64,000 nucleotides of DNA from an uncultured Spirochaetota bacterium (GCA_963820525.1 CAWGAA010000003.1:256001-320000); one strand, 5' to 3'; counted from the first letter of the stretch, positions 14,245 to 23,486 are shown. A program made the numbers and translations. Notes: generated by a model from the letters alone, not told the origin.

Positions 14245-16399
14245 TATTTCACCCTGCCCTTCTGAACCTTGGAGGTCGAAAGCTGCCTGTCCCCTACGCG
14301 CAGGGGAGTGGCGCCGACAACCACCTTGAAATCCTCCACCACGATGGGAATCGAGGCAAAGGTATCGATATCGATCTCCTGGAACGCGGCTCCCTGCGCG
14401 GTCTCGTCTCCGGAGAGCGCCACCGTGTCCCCCGGTTTTGCGTGGTCGGCGAAGAGAACCTCCACCGTCTTGCCTTCCTGGGCGGCGAGGAGCATCCCCT
14501 TGCTCTCCACCCCTCGAAGCATCGCGGGCTTGAGGTTTGTGACGATGACCACGTTTCTTCCCGCAAGCTCTTCTTCCGTATAATGCGGAACGAGCCCGGA
14601 GACGATCTCGCGCTGCTCGCCTCCGAGGTCCACGGTCTCGATATAGAGCTTCTCGGCCTCGGGGTGCCTCTTGATCTGGAGGATGCGCGCCACCTTCAGC
14701 TCGATCGTGCGGCTGAATTGCGCCGCAAGGTCCGCCTCCCTGGCTTCGGCGCGCTCCTTCTGGGTGCCGGAGAAACGGGCGCGAAGCTCCTCGATCTCCT
14801 TGTCTTCGAGCCTTTTGAACAGGATCTCGGGCCTGCCGATGGCTCCGATCCCGGCAAGCGCTCCCAGGTCATTCCACTCCAGCCTGTCGATGCCCATCAT
14901 GGCCGCGATACGCTCCGAGGTTGCGGGAATATAGGGGCCGGCCAGGATGGCGAGGTCCCGCACGAGATACGTCAGGTTCCAGATCAGGCTCGCCGTGGCG
15001 TCAGGGCTATCCTTGACGCCCCTCCAGGGCTCTCCGTCCTGGAACTTCTTGTTGCCGATGGAGGAGAGGGCGAAAATTTTCTGAAGGCCTCCCGAAGCTC
15101 GACCTTCTCCAGGAGCCCGGCGATCTCTCTTTCTGCAGCGTGCACTTCCCGCCAGAACGTCTGGTCCGCCGAGCCTTCGGGGAGCTTTTCGCCGTAGAAG
15201 CGCGAGACGAAGGAGAGGGTGCGGTTGACGAGGTTTCCCAGGTTGCCGATGAGCTCGGCGTTCACCTTTTCCTGGAAATCTTTCCACGTGAAGTCGAAGT
15301 CCGATTTCTCGGGCCTGTTGTAGTAGATGTAGAACCGCCACACGTCCGCCGGGATGCCGGTGTCCTTGGCATCGGAGCCAAAGACCCCGACGCCGCGGCT
15401 CTTGGAGAACTTCCCCCCCTCGTAATTCATGTACTCGGTGGAAGACATGTGGAAGAGCTTTGTCCACTTCTCTCCCGTGCCGATGAGGCTGGAGGGAAAG
15501 ATCACGGTATGGAAGGGGATGTTGTCCTTGCCGATGAACTGGTAGAGCTTCACCCGCTCGGGCTCGCGCCACCAGCTCTCCCATTCCCTGATATGCTCGG
15601 CGGTGATGGAGATGTAGCCGATGGGGGCGTCGAACCAGACGTAGAAGACCTTCTTCCGATAGCCGTCCAGCGGAACGGGGATGCCCCACGTGAGGTCGCG
15701 CGTAATGCACCGCTCCTTCAGGCCGTCGCGCATCCATGCGTAGGTCATCTGCACGGCGTTTCTCGCCCAGAAACCCTTCTCCGCCGCCCCCTCGATCCAG
15801 TTTCGAAGCTTGGGCAGGATCGCCATGAGGTCGATGAAGAGGTGCCTGGTCTCGCGCATCACGGGCTTTGTTCCGCACACGCTGCAGCGCGCGTCCACGA
15901 GCTCCGAGGGGTCCAGGAGCTTTCCGCAGTTCTCGCACTGGTCCCCCCGGGCGTCCTTGTAGCCGCAGTGAGGGCATGTGCCCAGAACGTAGCGGTCCGC
16001 GAGGAAGCGCCTGTCTTTCTCGCAGTAGGGCTGGCTCATGGTCCGCTGCCGGATGTAGCCGTTCTCGTTGAGCTTGCGGAAGATGCCTTGCGTGATCTCG
16101 GTATGCACCGGCACCGAGGTGCGGCCGAAGCGGTCGAAGGTGATCGTGAACCAGCTGTAGATGTCTCTGTGGATCGCGTGGTAGCGGTCGCACAGCTCGC
16201 GCGGAGTGATCCCCTCCTCCAGCGCCCGTGTTTCCGTAGCCGTGCCATACTCGTCCGTGCCGCAGACGTACAGCGTCTGGTACCCGGCCAGGCGGCAGTA
16301 GCGGGCGAACACGTCGGCGGAGAGGACCTGGATGAGGTTCCCCAGGTGCGGGATATTGTTCACGTAGGGCAGCGCCGAGGTGATGAGCCGTCGTTCCAT
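14244..16399 (-). CDS. metG: Methionine--tRNA ligase with C-terminal tRNA-binding domain (frameshift at 15077-15080)
   Basis: ITSALPYVNNIPHLGN, zinc knuckle, YVWFDA, KFSKS, and NLKPAMLRGVESKGML in the downstream frame. Confidence 0.95.
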
Positions 16400-16574
16400 A
16401 TGTTCGTAAAATCTAACCGCGCCTAGGAGGGGTGTCAAGCCGAGTGCAGCCGAAGGCTGCACTCACGGGGCCCCACGGCGGCAGCGGCGCACGCAAGGGT
16501 GCCGCGGGAGCCGTGGCGGGCTTTCCTTGACTGCCTCGGTCCTCTCCCCTACTATGGAAGGGAAAGGAGTCCCC

Positions 16575-17588
16575 ATGAGTGACGCAAGGCAGAGCAGCTG
16601 GCTGCGAGGGGTCACGCCCCGCACGGTGCTGATCGTGATCGGCGTGGTCATCCTCCTCATCGTCGTGTTCTCCAGCTTCTTCGTCGTGGACCAGAGGGAG
16701 GAGGCGGCCGTGCTGTATTTCGGAAAGTTCTCGCGCATCGTCGGGCCGGGGCTGCACTTCAAGATGCCCTTCGGCGTCGAACGCAACTACAACGTTCCCA
16801 CCCAGCGGATATTAAAGGAAGAGTTCGGGTTCCGCACCGAGAGACCCGGTATCGTCTCCGTTTATTCCTCTCAGGATTTCCCCGAGGAGTCCATCATGCT
16901 CACGGGAGACCTGAACATCATAGACGTGGAATGGATCATCCAGTACCAGGTGACCGACGTTCGGGCATGGCTTTTCAACGTGGACGACCAGCACAAGACG
17001 ATCCGCGACATCTCGCAATCCGTGGTCAACCAGCTCGTCGGAGACCGCACAATCTTCGACGTCATAGGGTCCGAGCGGGCCAACATCGAAACGCAGGGCC
17101 AGGACATGATGAACGACCTTTTCAAGGAGTACGGGCTGGGAATCCGCGTGATAACCGTGAAGCTCCAGAACATCGTGCCGCCCAAGGGGGCCGTCCAGGA
17201 CGCCTTCGAGGACGTGAACAAGGCAATCCAGGACAGGAGCAGGCTGATCAACGAGGGCAAGGAAGCCTACAACCAGTCGATACCCAGGGCCCGCGGACAG
17301 GCCGAACAGGTGATCCAGGAGGCCGAAGGCTACGCCACCGAGCGGGTGAACAGGGCGAAGGGAGACGTTGCGCGCTTCTCCGCCGTGCTGGGCGAATACC
17401 GCAAGGCGCCGGACCTGGTGCGAACACGGCTGTATTACGAGATGTACGACGACGTGTTCTCGAGCGCCCCCGCGGGGACCGACCTCATCGACAAAAACCT
17501 GAAGAACTTCATTCCGCTTAAAAGCATGAGCGGGACGCCTCCTGCGCCGCCCGCCCCGGCCGCTTCGACTCAAGGAGGCACCCAATGA
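16575..17588 (+). CDS. hflK: FtsH protease modulator HflK
   Basis: SPFH domain, MLTGDLNI, VQDAFEDV, IPRARG, A.GDVARF; TTGACT-17-TACTAT promoter and AAGGAG RBS upstream. Confidence 0.92.
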   Translation: MSDARQSSWLRGVTPRTVLIVIGVVILLIVVFSSFFVVDQREEAAVLYFGKFSRIVGPGLHFKMPFGVERNYNVPTQRILKEEFGFRTERPGIVSVYSSQDFPEESIMLTGDLNIIDVEWIIQYQVTDVRAWLFNVDDQHKTIRDISQSVVNQLVGDRTIFDVIGSERANIETQGQDMMNDLFKEYGLGIRVITVKLQNIVPPKGAVQDAFEDVNKAIQDRSRLINEGKEAYNQSIPRARGQAEQVIQEAEGYATERVNRAKGDVARFSAVLGEYRKAPDLVRTRLYYEMYDDVFSSAPAGTDLIDKNLKNFIPLKSMSGTPPAPPAPAASTQGGTQ

Positions 17589-18574
17589 AAAAGACGATAA
17601 CCGTCATTCTCGTCGTCGCGGCGGTCCTCCTGATCCTTTCTCTCCTCGGGCCCTACTACACGGTGACCGAGGGGGAGCAAGCCGTGGTTGTACAGTTCGG
17701 AAGGATCGTACGCGTGGAGACGTCGGCGGGCCTGAAGATCAAGGTCCCCTTCGTTGAGAGCGTGGTCAAGTACTCGAAGAAAGTCCAGTCGTGGGACGGA
17801 GAGGCGCAACGCCTGCAGACGGCGGAAAACCAGTTCGTCTGGGTGGACACCACCGCGCGCTGGAAGATCGTGGACCCCAAGAAGTTCTACGAATCGGTGG
17901 GCAGCGTGCCCCAGGCGCACGCGCGGCTCGATGACGTGATCGATTCCGAAGTCAAGAAGATCATCGCCCGCAACTACTTCCGGGAAGCGGTGAGGAACTC
18001 CAACGTCATCAGCCAGATCAAGAGAGCCAACATGCTGATGAGCGTTGCGGGCACCGCCGAGAGCCCGGAGAGCCTGAGCAACATCTCGACGCTTGCTGAA
18101 ACAGCCTATGAGCCGATTACGAAAGGGCGGCGCGCTCTCTCCGAGGAGATGCTGGGCGAGTCGCGCACCATCATGCCCCAATACGGCATGGAGCTCATCG
18201 ACATCCTCATACGCCAGATCAAGTACTCCGACGACCTCACCCAGAGCGTCTTCGACCGGATGATCAAGGAGAGAAACCAGATCGCGCAGGCGTTCCGATC
18301 CGATGGGGAGGGAGAAAAGGCGAAATGGTTGGGACAGATGACAAGAGAGCTCCTTCTCATCCAGTCCGACGCGGACAGGAAGGCAAAGGAGATCAAGGGA
18401 AAGGCGGATGCCGAAGCCCTGGACATCCGCAACAAGGCCTACAGCCAGGACACGGACTTTGCAGACTACTGGATGGCGCTGGAGGAATACAAGGCGCTTC
18501 TCCCCAAGTTCAACAAGACTCTCACCACGGATTCCGACTTCTACAAGTATCTCTACAACAAACGGGGACGGTGA
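17585..18574 (+). CDS. hflC: FtsH protease modulator HflC
   Basis: ATGA overlap with hflK; EQAVVVQFG, RMIKERNQIAQAFRSDG. Confidence 0.92.
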   Translation: MKKTITVILVVAAVLLILSLLGPYYTVTEGEQAVVVQFGRIVRVETSAGLKIKVPFVESVVKYSKKVQSWDGEAQRLQTAENQFVWVDTTARWKIVDPKKFYESVGSVPQAHARLDDVIDSEVKKIIARNYFREAVRNSNVISQIKRANMLMSVAGTAESPESLSNISTLAETAYEPITKGRRALSEEMLGESRTIMPQYGMELIDILIRQIKYSDDLTQSVFDRMIKERNQIAQAFRSDGEGEKAKWLGQMTRELLLIQSDADRKAKEIKGKADAEALDIRNKAYSQDTDFADYWMALEEYKALLPKFNKTLTTDSDFYKYLYNKRGR

Positions 18575-18598
18575 GGGCAGCGATTCGCCTGAAATGAT

Positions 18599-18629
18599 GG
18601 GGCCCGCCGGAAGGCGGGCCTTTTTGTTT
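18599..18629 (+). terminator. Rho-independent terminator after hflC
   Basis: GGCCCGCC-GGAA-GGCGGGCC followed by TTTTTGTTT. Confidence 0.85.
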
Positions 18630-18694
18630 GGAGGCAAAGCGGCGGGGCGGGAGGGGCATGAAGGCTAATTTTCCCAACTGCCTTCTGCTTTTCC

Positions 18695-18732
18695 TTGACA
18701 ATGCATGCAATCTATGCCTATATTGCATGCAT
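18695..18732 (+). promoter_or_regulatory. Leaderless promoter with palindromic operator for TA operon
   Basis: TTGACA(18695)-18nt-TATATT-6nt-ATG; inverted repeat ATGCATGCAAT(18701-18711)/ATTGCATGCAT(18722-18732). Confidence 0.75.
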
Positions 18733-18991
18733 GAAAAGAAGGCAAACCGAGCAGTATACGATCCGCGGTGTCCCCGAGGCGGTGGGAGCAAGCTTGAGAG
18801 ATCGAGCTCGCAGAGAAGGGAAGAGTCTCAACAAGATTGCGATCGAAGCGCTTATGCGGGGGCTGGGCCTCTCTTCGGATATGATCCAATCCACCGACCT
18901 GGACGATCTAGCCGGGACATGGATCGAAGATCCCGCTTTCGACGAGGCAATCCGCGAAATGGATCGGGTTGACGAGGAGACCTGGAAGTGA
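18731..18991 (+). CDS. FitA-like ribbon-helix-helix antitoxin
   Basis: QYTIRGVPE..L..RARREGKSLN; acidic C-terminus DLDDLAGTW; GTGA overlap with PIN gene. Confidence 0.85.
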   Translation: MKRRQTEQYTIRGVPEAVGASLRDRARREGKSLNKIAIEALMRGLGLSSDMIQSTDLDDLAGTWIEDPAFDEAIREMDRVDEETWK

Positions 18992-19371
18992 GGCTCTTGA
19001 TAGACACAAACAGATATCGGGATTTTTGCGCGGGCATTGCCGAGATTGTCGAATTGTTCAGGGTTGCGGAGTCAATCTTCATCTCATTTGTGACAATTGC
19101 GGAGCTACGAGCGGGTTTTCTCCTCGGCTCTGCGGGCAAAAGGAACGAGAGGGTCCTCGGTCTTTTTCTCAACCGCCCTCGCGTCAGGACCCTCTGGCCT
19201 GATGAAGGCACCACCTATCACTACGCGCGTCTGTTCGTGCAATTGCGCGCGCAAGGCACACCGATTCCCACGAACGACATGTGGATAGCTGCTCTTTCGC
19301 TCCAGCACAATCTTGCCCTATGCTCGCGAGACGCTCATTTCGACTCGCTTCCCCAACTGCCAAGGATTTAA
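18988..19371 (+). CDS. vapC: VapC/PIN-domain toxin
   Basis: LIDTN, TIAEL, PIPTNDMWIAA, SRDAHF. Confidence 0.92.
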   Translation: MRLLIDTNRYRDFCAGIAEIVELFRVAESIFISFVTIAELRAGFLLGSAGKRNERVLGLFLNRPRVRTLWPDEGTTYHYARLFVQLRAQGTPIPTNDMWIAALSLQHNLALCSRDAHFDSLPQLPRI

Positions 19372-19481
19372 TTCCATGCCATGCTGCCGGCATCATGGCG
19401 CTGAGCCATGACAGCGGGGCATGGAGGGCTGTTCCTGCATGCGCAGAAAATGTATCCTCATGGAGGGAAGAGGCGACTCAC

Positions 19482-20180
19482 ATGCAAAAACCGAAGATTC
19501 CGCAGAACGTGTCCCCATTCGCACATGCGTGTCTCGAAGCGCTCGCGGCGAAAGAGCTGGGAAGCTATGTATCGCTGGGCGGCGCTTTCGGGCTGGCTCA
19601 TTATATCGAGTATCGGACCACCCACGATATAGACGCCTGGTGGAATGAGCCTGTTCCAGGGAAAACCCGCGAAGAACTGATCAAGGCGATTTCGGACGCG
19701 CTGGGGCGCTTCGGCCGGGTGCGTCTGAGATCCTGGGGTGACGTGACAAGCGTGGAGCTGGAGAGAGAGGGAAAAACCGTCTTCAGCTTCCAGATCGCGG
19801 ACAGAAGCGCTCGAATAGATGAACCCACGATCAGCCCTTGGCCCGGCCACATCAAAATCGACACGCTGGATGAGCTTATTGCGAGCAAGATGAACGCGTT
19901 GGTGGAGCGCGGGGCGCCACGGGATTTTCGCGATATTTTTACAATCTGCCGGAGCCGAATCTCCAGCCCGGAAAACTGCTGGAAGCTGTGGGAAAAGCGC
20001 CGGCATCTGTCTCACGAAAATGCCGAAAAAACTCGGGCTTTCATTGCAATCAGATCTCACCTCTCCCGGCTGGAGGCTGCCCGCCCCCTTGAGGGCATCT
20101 CAGATCCCCATGAGCGGGATGAGGCTTCCCGGCTGCGCTCATGGTTTGAAAAGGAATTCCTTAATGAGCTTCCGAATTGA
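19482..20180 (+). CDS. AbiEii/AbiGii-like nucleotidyltransferase toxin family protein
   Basis: LGGAFGLAHY..YRTTHDID and K..ALVERG..RDFRD motifs. Confidence 0.8.
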   Translation: MQKPKIPQNVSPFAHACLEALAAKELGSYVSLGGAFGLAHYIEYRTTHDIDAWWNEPVPGKTREELIKAISDALGRFGRVRLRSWGDVTSVELEREGKTVFSFQIADRSARIDEPTISPWPGHIKIDTLDELIASKMNALVERGAPRDFRDIFTICRSRISSPENCWKLWEKRRHLSHENAEKTRAFIAIRSHLSRLEAARPLEGISDPHERDEASRLRSWFEKEFLNELPN

Positions 20181-20469
20181 CGGTTCCCTCTACCCCGACG
20201 AGAAACCTCCGGACAACCTGGACACGCTTCCGGCCAGAATCGACTTCATTTCCCGATTGTGCGCCGCGTGGGATTTCGGGATTCTCCCCGACCTTCAAAC
20301 CATTCAGGAGCTGCGCAAGCAAAAGTGGCGCGAGGCGGTGGATGGGTGCATGTTTTTGACCTCGCCGACATACCACCTTCTTCGCCGGTGGCACGGCTTA
20401 TCGCGCAAGCCGTTCCTCGGAACAATCCCCGCCTACATTCTCGAAGACCCGAATCTCAAACACGTCTGA
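20164..20469 (+). CDS. Hypothetical 101-aa protein, candidate partner of the nucleotidyltransferase
   Basis: ATG 20164 preceded by AAGGA and overlapping the upstream gene by 17 nt; MSFRIDGSLYPDE...RLCAAWDFGILP...HLLRRWHGL; family not recognised. Confidence 0.7.
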   Translation: MSFRIDGSLYPDEKPPDNLDTLPARIDFISRLCAAWDFGILPDLQTIQELRKQKWREAVDGCMFLTSPTYHLLRRWHGLSRKPFLGTIPAYILEDPNLKHV

Positions 20470-20624
20470 GGGGGGAGTATCCTCATGGATGCAAAAGAGA
20501 TTCTGGAGCTCAACGGAAACTTCAGATCCTCGCCGCTTATCGAGGCTGCTCATCGCTTCCACTTTGTCATTGTCGAGCGAAGCATGAAGACTACATGAAA
20601 GCGGGATTTGAGAAAACTACGCGG

Positions 20625-20837
20625 TCATTTCTGAAACCAGAGTGCGGGACTCCCGGAGACTACAAAGCGGGCAACTACAGTAGTTGAAGGCTCGCGTTTG
20701 AGGATCGCCTCAACGCAAGCAGCCACATCCAAAAGGTGCAATACTAGAGGATGGTAGGAAGTGCTTTCATGCGAACCTGTCTTGGCCCACAGGAAAGCTA
20801 GCGGCCCTGAAAACGTCTTGGCAGTGGAGTTGCCCAT
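20625..20837 (-). pseudogene. cas3: N-terminal stub of CRISPR-associated Cas3 (type I-E-like HD domain start)
   Basis: LWAKT...YHPLVLHLLDVAACVEAIL.REP matches the Cas3 HD N-terminus; similarity ends near 20685 before the HD dyad; directly downstream of a WYL gene. Confidence 0.75.
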
Positions 20838-20942
20838 TCTTGAATTGCCTGCTTCGTCCTTACCTTCCTCCTTTGCTCTTCTTACCATTTGCTTCCACTC
20901 GTCTGAATTTTACTTGCCCTCTGTTGCAGCTACCGCAACCCC

Positions 20943-21932
20943 TCAGCCAATTCCGTAGAGCTCTTTCATCCGCCGGACTTCCTCGCAGAAGCGTTCCCTC
21001 AGCTCCTTCGGCTCCAGAATTTCCACGTCCGCTCCCCAGCCCCGGATCCAGGGATACATTTCCAGCGGTTCTGCGACAGCCGCGTCGAACAGGAGAGAGC
21101 CGTCAGGGCAATCTTCCAAAGTTTGACTTTCGTGCCAGACCGTCTCACGGACCCGCTCCGCGACGGCGGCGGAGAACCTCAGAACAATGGAAACGGGTTT
21201 GCTCCCGGCGCGCCCCCAAATCCCCCACACGGCGCAAGTGTACGCATCCACATCGAAATCGGCGGGCGGCGGGAAGCTCTCTTCCGTAGGCCGGACCGAA
21301 CGGATTCGTTCCAGCTTGAAAGTCCGCATCTCATTCAGGTCCGGGCACATTCCAATGGCATGGATTGAGTTTCCGTCAGGGTACGGTTCCAGGCAGTAGG
21401 GCTGGAACCGATACTCATCGGTCCGTCCTCTTCGCAGGGACAAATGGCGCAAGAGCACGGTTTTGTGTTCAGCGGATGCGGCTATGAGAGCCTCCATGAC
21501 TTCGCGGTATCGCCTTGTGAAAGCCGGGAAGCGATGGGAATCCAGTGAATCGGCGGTTTCCTGGAGCCTCCGCGAAAGGGTTGGAGAAGCGCGTTCGGCT
21601 GCCAGGGCCAGCTTGCGGAGTGAGGCGGCCGCATGGGGAAAAGGAAGGCGGATCTTGCGAAAGAAGAGCCTGAAGGCAAGCCTCACGCTCTCTATTTCGT
21701 GAGCCGTCAGCCGGACTGGCGCCAGGTATCTGGACCGGTCTATCCAGACTTTCCCGTCGTCCTCTTCCACCAGGGGAACAAGGTCCGTGAGTGCCGTGAC
21801 ATAGCGCCCGGCCGTGAATCGGTCCACTCCGAGCCGCGGCGCAATCTCGGCTTTGCGAAGCCCATCCGGATGTGAGAGAAGAAGCGCCTCCAGCTGAAGG
21901 AGCCTTTCAGCCTTGCTCAATGCTTTGCTCAT
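20943..21932 (-). CDS. HTH-WYL-WCX transcriptional regulator
   Basis: N-terminal HTH (KAERLLQLEALL..GL.KAEIA.RLGV), PY.L, RTFKLERI, WH.SQ, WIRGWGADVEILEP.ELR. Confidence 0.92.
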   Translation of the reverse strand: MSKALSKAERLLQLEALLLSHPDGLRKAEIAPRLGVDRFTAGRYVTALTDLVPLVEEDDGKVWIDRSRYLAPVRLTAHEIESVRLAFRLFFRKIRLPFPHAAASLRKLALAAERASPTLSRRLQETADSLDSHRFPAFTRRYREVMEALIAASAEHKTVLLRHLSLRRGRTDEYRFQPYCLEPYPDGNSIHAIGMCPDLNEMRTFKLERIRSVRPTEESFPPPADFDVDAYTCAVWGIWGRAGSKPVSIVLRFSAAVAERVRETVWHESQTLEDCPDGSLLFDAAVAEPLEMYPWIRGWGADVEILEPKELRERFCEEVRRMKELYGIG

Positions 21933-22061
21933 TTTTTGCTTGACCGCTGAATATCCCTTTTACCACATGCCCATAAGAGCCCGCTTTAGGCTCTCAATGA
22001 TACATAAAACCTACAGGATGTCTTGACAAAGCTCTGGATGAACCGCACTCTCATCGAGAGA

Positions 22062-23375
22062 ATGAGCGCATACTCCCTCATCGCATTCAGCACATTCTTT
22101 ACCGCTTTCTTCCTCGGCATCTACATGCTCCTGATAGACGCTCGCAAGAGGACCCACCATTTGTTCTTTCTCGGCTCCCTCGTGGTGGCGCTCTGGAACC
22201 TGCTTGCGGCATTCTTCTTTTCCGCGCAATCGAAAGAGTCATTCCTGCTGCTCTTCCGCCTGGCGTCTACCCTGGGAATACTTTTCTACTCGATGATGCC
22301 GCACCTCACCGTGGTCTCGATCAAGAAACCGCGGAGCGGCTGGATCGTGTTCCTCTCTTATGCCCTGTCCGCGGTGGCGCATTACAGGAACTGGACCTCC
22401 TACTACCTTTTCCAGGATTTCACGAAAGTCGACGGCGTATGGGCGGCCCTGCCGGCTCTCAACTCCTTCTGGCAGTTCTACTGGCTGGTCTATTCCCGGG
22501 GCGCGATAGCCCTTTGCGTCATCCTTGTCTATCGCTGGATGAAAACGCGGACCTCTCCCCTGGAGAGAAAACACGGGGTCATCATTTCCCTTTCTTTTTC
22601 AGTCTTCCTCGCGCTCTCCTTTCTCGAGATCCCTGCCCTGGCTCCGTTCGCCGCCATCCCGCCGATCGGCTCCATGTTCGTCGTCATCGTGGTATTCGGT
22701 GTCTGGTTCGCCGTTTTCAAGTACAGGTTCCTCTCCATAACCGACACGATGGTGAGCAAGAGCATCCTGGAAAATATGGATGTTTTCATCATCCTCCTGG
22801 ACCCGACGCTCCGCGTGATGATGATCAACCGCAAGGCCGAAGCAATGCTGGGCAAGAATCCGAACAAGGTTGTCGGAAAGGATGTCACCCTGACCCTCTG
22901 CCTGACCCCGACGCTGCGCGACGGAATTCAGCGCGTCCTGGGAGAGCAGGTCCCCTCCTTCTCCTGCAACTACACGATAGATTGCGAGGGGCAGGACTCC
23001 GGGGAATCACCGATGATGGAGCTGAAGCTCTCCCTCGCGAGGGACCGCATGGGGGAGAAGCTGGGGATCCTGATCATCGGCCAGGAGGTGCTCGGCCTGA
23101 CGCATTTCTGCGCGCGTTTCCACATCACGCTCCGGGAATGGGAAGCTGTGCACTTCATCTGCTCCGGCGCCACAAACAAGGAGATCGCGGAGCGCCTCTA
23201 CATCACGGAGAGAACCGTCAAGGCGCATGTCACCCACATCTACGACAAGCTGGGAGTGAACAACAAGATGGGTCTGCTGAAGGTTTTGCGGGAATTCAAC
23301 CTCATGCCCGAAGCCGGCCTCGCCCTCGAGCCCAAGAGGGACAGAATCCGCCGCTCGAGGCCATTATCAGTCTGA
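22062..23375 (+). CDS. Membrane-anchored regulator: 7TM (HisKA_7TM-like) + PAS-like + LuxR HTH
   Basis: About 7 hydrophobic segments ending KYRFL, ILENM..FII.LD...IN.KAE PAS start, TLREWE...GATNKEIAERLYITERTVKAHVTHIYDKLGV. Confidence 0.85.
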   Translation: MSAYSLIAFSTFFTAFFLGIYMLLIDARKRTHHLFFLGSLVVALWNLLAAFFFSAQSKESFLLLFRLASTLGILFYSMMPHLTVVSIKKPRSGWIVFLSYALSAVAHYRNWTSYYLFQDFTKVDGVWAALPALNSFWQFYWLVYSRGAIALCVILVYRWMKTRTSPLERKHGVIISLSFSVFLALSFLEIPALAPFAAIPPIGSMFVVIVVFGVWFAVFKYRFLSITDTMVSKSILENMDVFIILLDPTLRVMMINRKAEAMLGKNPNKVVGKDVTLTLCLTPTLRDGIQRVLGEQVPSFSCNYTIDCEGQDSGESPMMELKLSLARDRMGEKLGILIIGQEVLGLTHFCARFHITLREWEAVHFICSGATNKEIAERLYITERTVKAHVTHIYDKLGVNNKMGLLKVLREFNLMPEAGLALEPKRDRIRRSRPLSV

Positions 23376-23412
23376 TTTTGCCCTTCCTTTCCATATTCAT
23401 AGCGGCCCTCTA

Positions 23413-23486
23413 GTACTTTTGTACAATAGAAAAAACGCCCAATTGTACTTTCGTACGATGAATCCATCGGCTCAAAGCGATACAGT
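23413..23486 (+). promoter_or_regulatory. Two GTAC-N4-GTAC boxes plus candidate -10 element
   Basis: GTACTTTTGTAC 23413-23424, GTACTTTCGTAC 23445-23456, TACAGT 23481-23486. Confidence 0.55.

Larger units (their letters stand above)
19452..20489 (+). repeat. 13-bp direct repeat GTATCCTCATGGA at 19452-19464 and 20477-20489
   Basis: Two exact copies bracketing the 19482-20469 gene pair. Confidence 0.7.

Noticed and set aside
15070..15085. Programmed ribosomal frameshift in metG
   Set aside because: No in-frame X XXY YYZ heptamer, and the same homopolymer pattern occurs in five unrelated genes
18671..19361. CCCAACTGCC repeated around the VapC TA pair
   Set aside because: Only 10 bp and the second copy is inside vapC; compatible with chance
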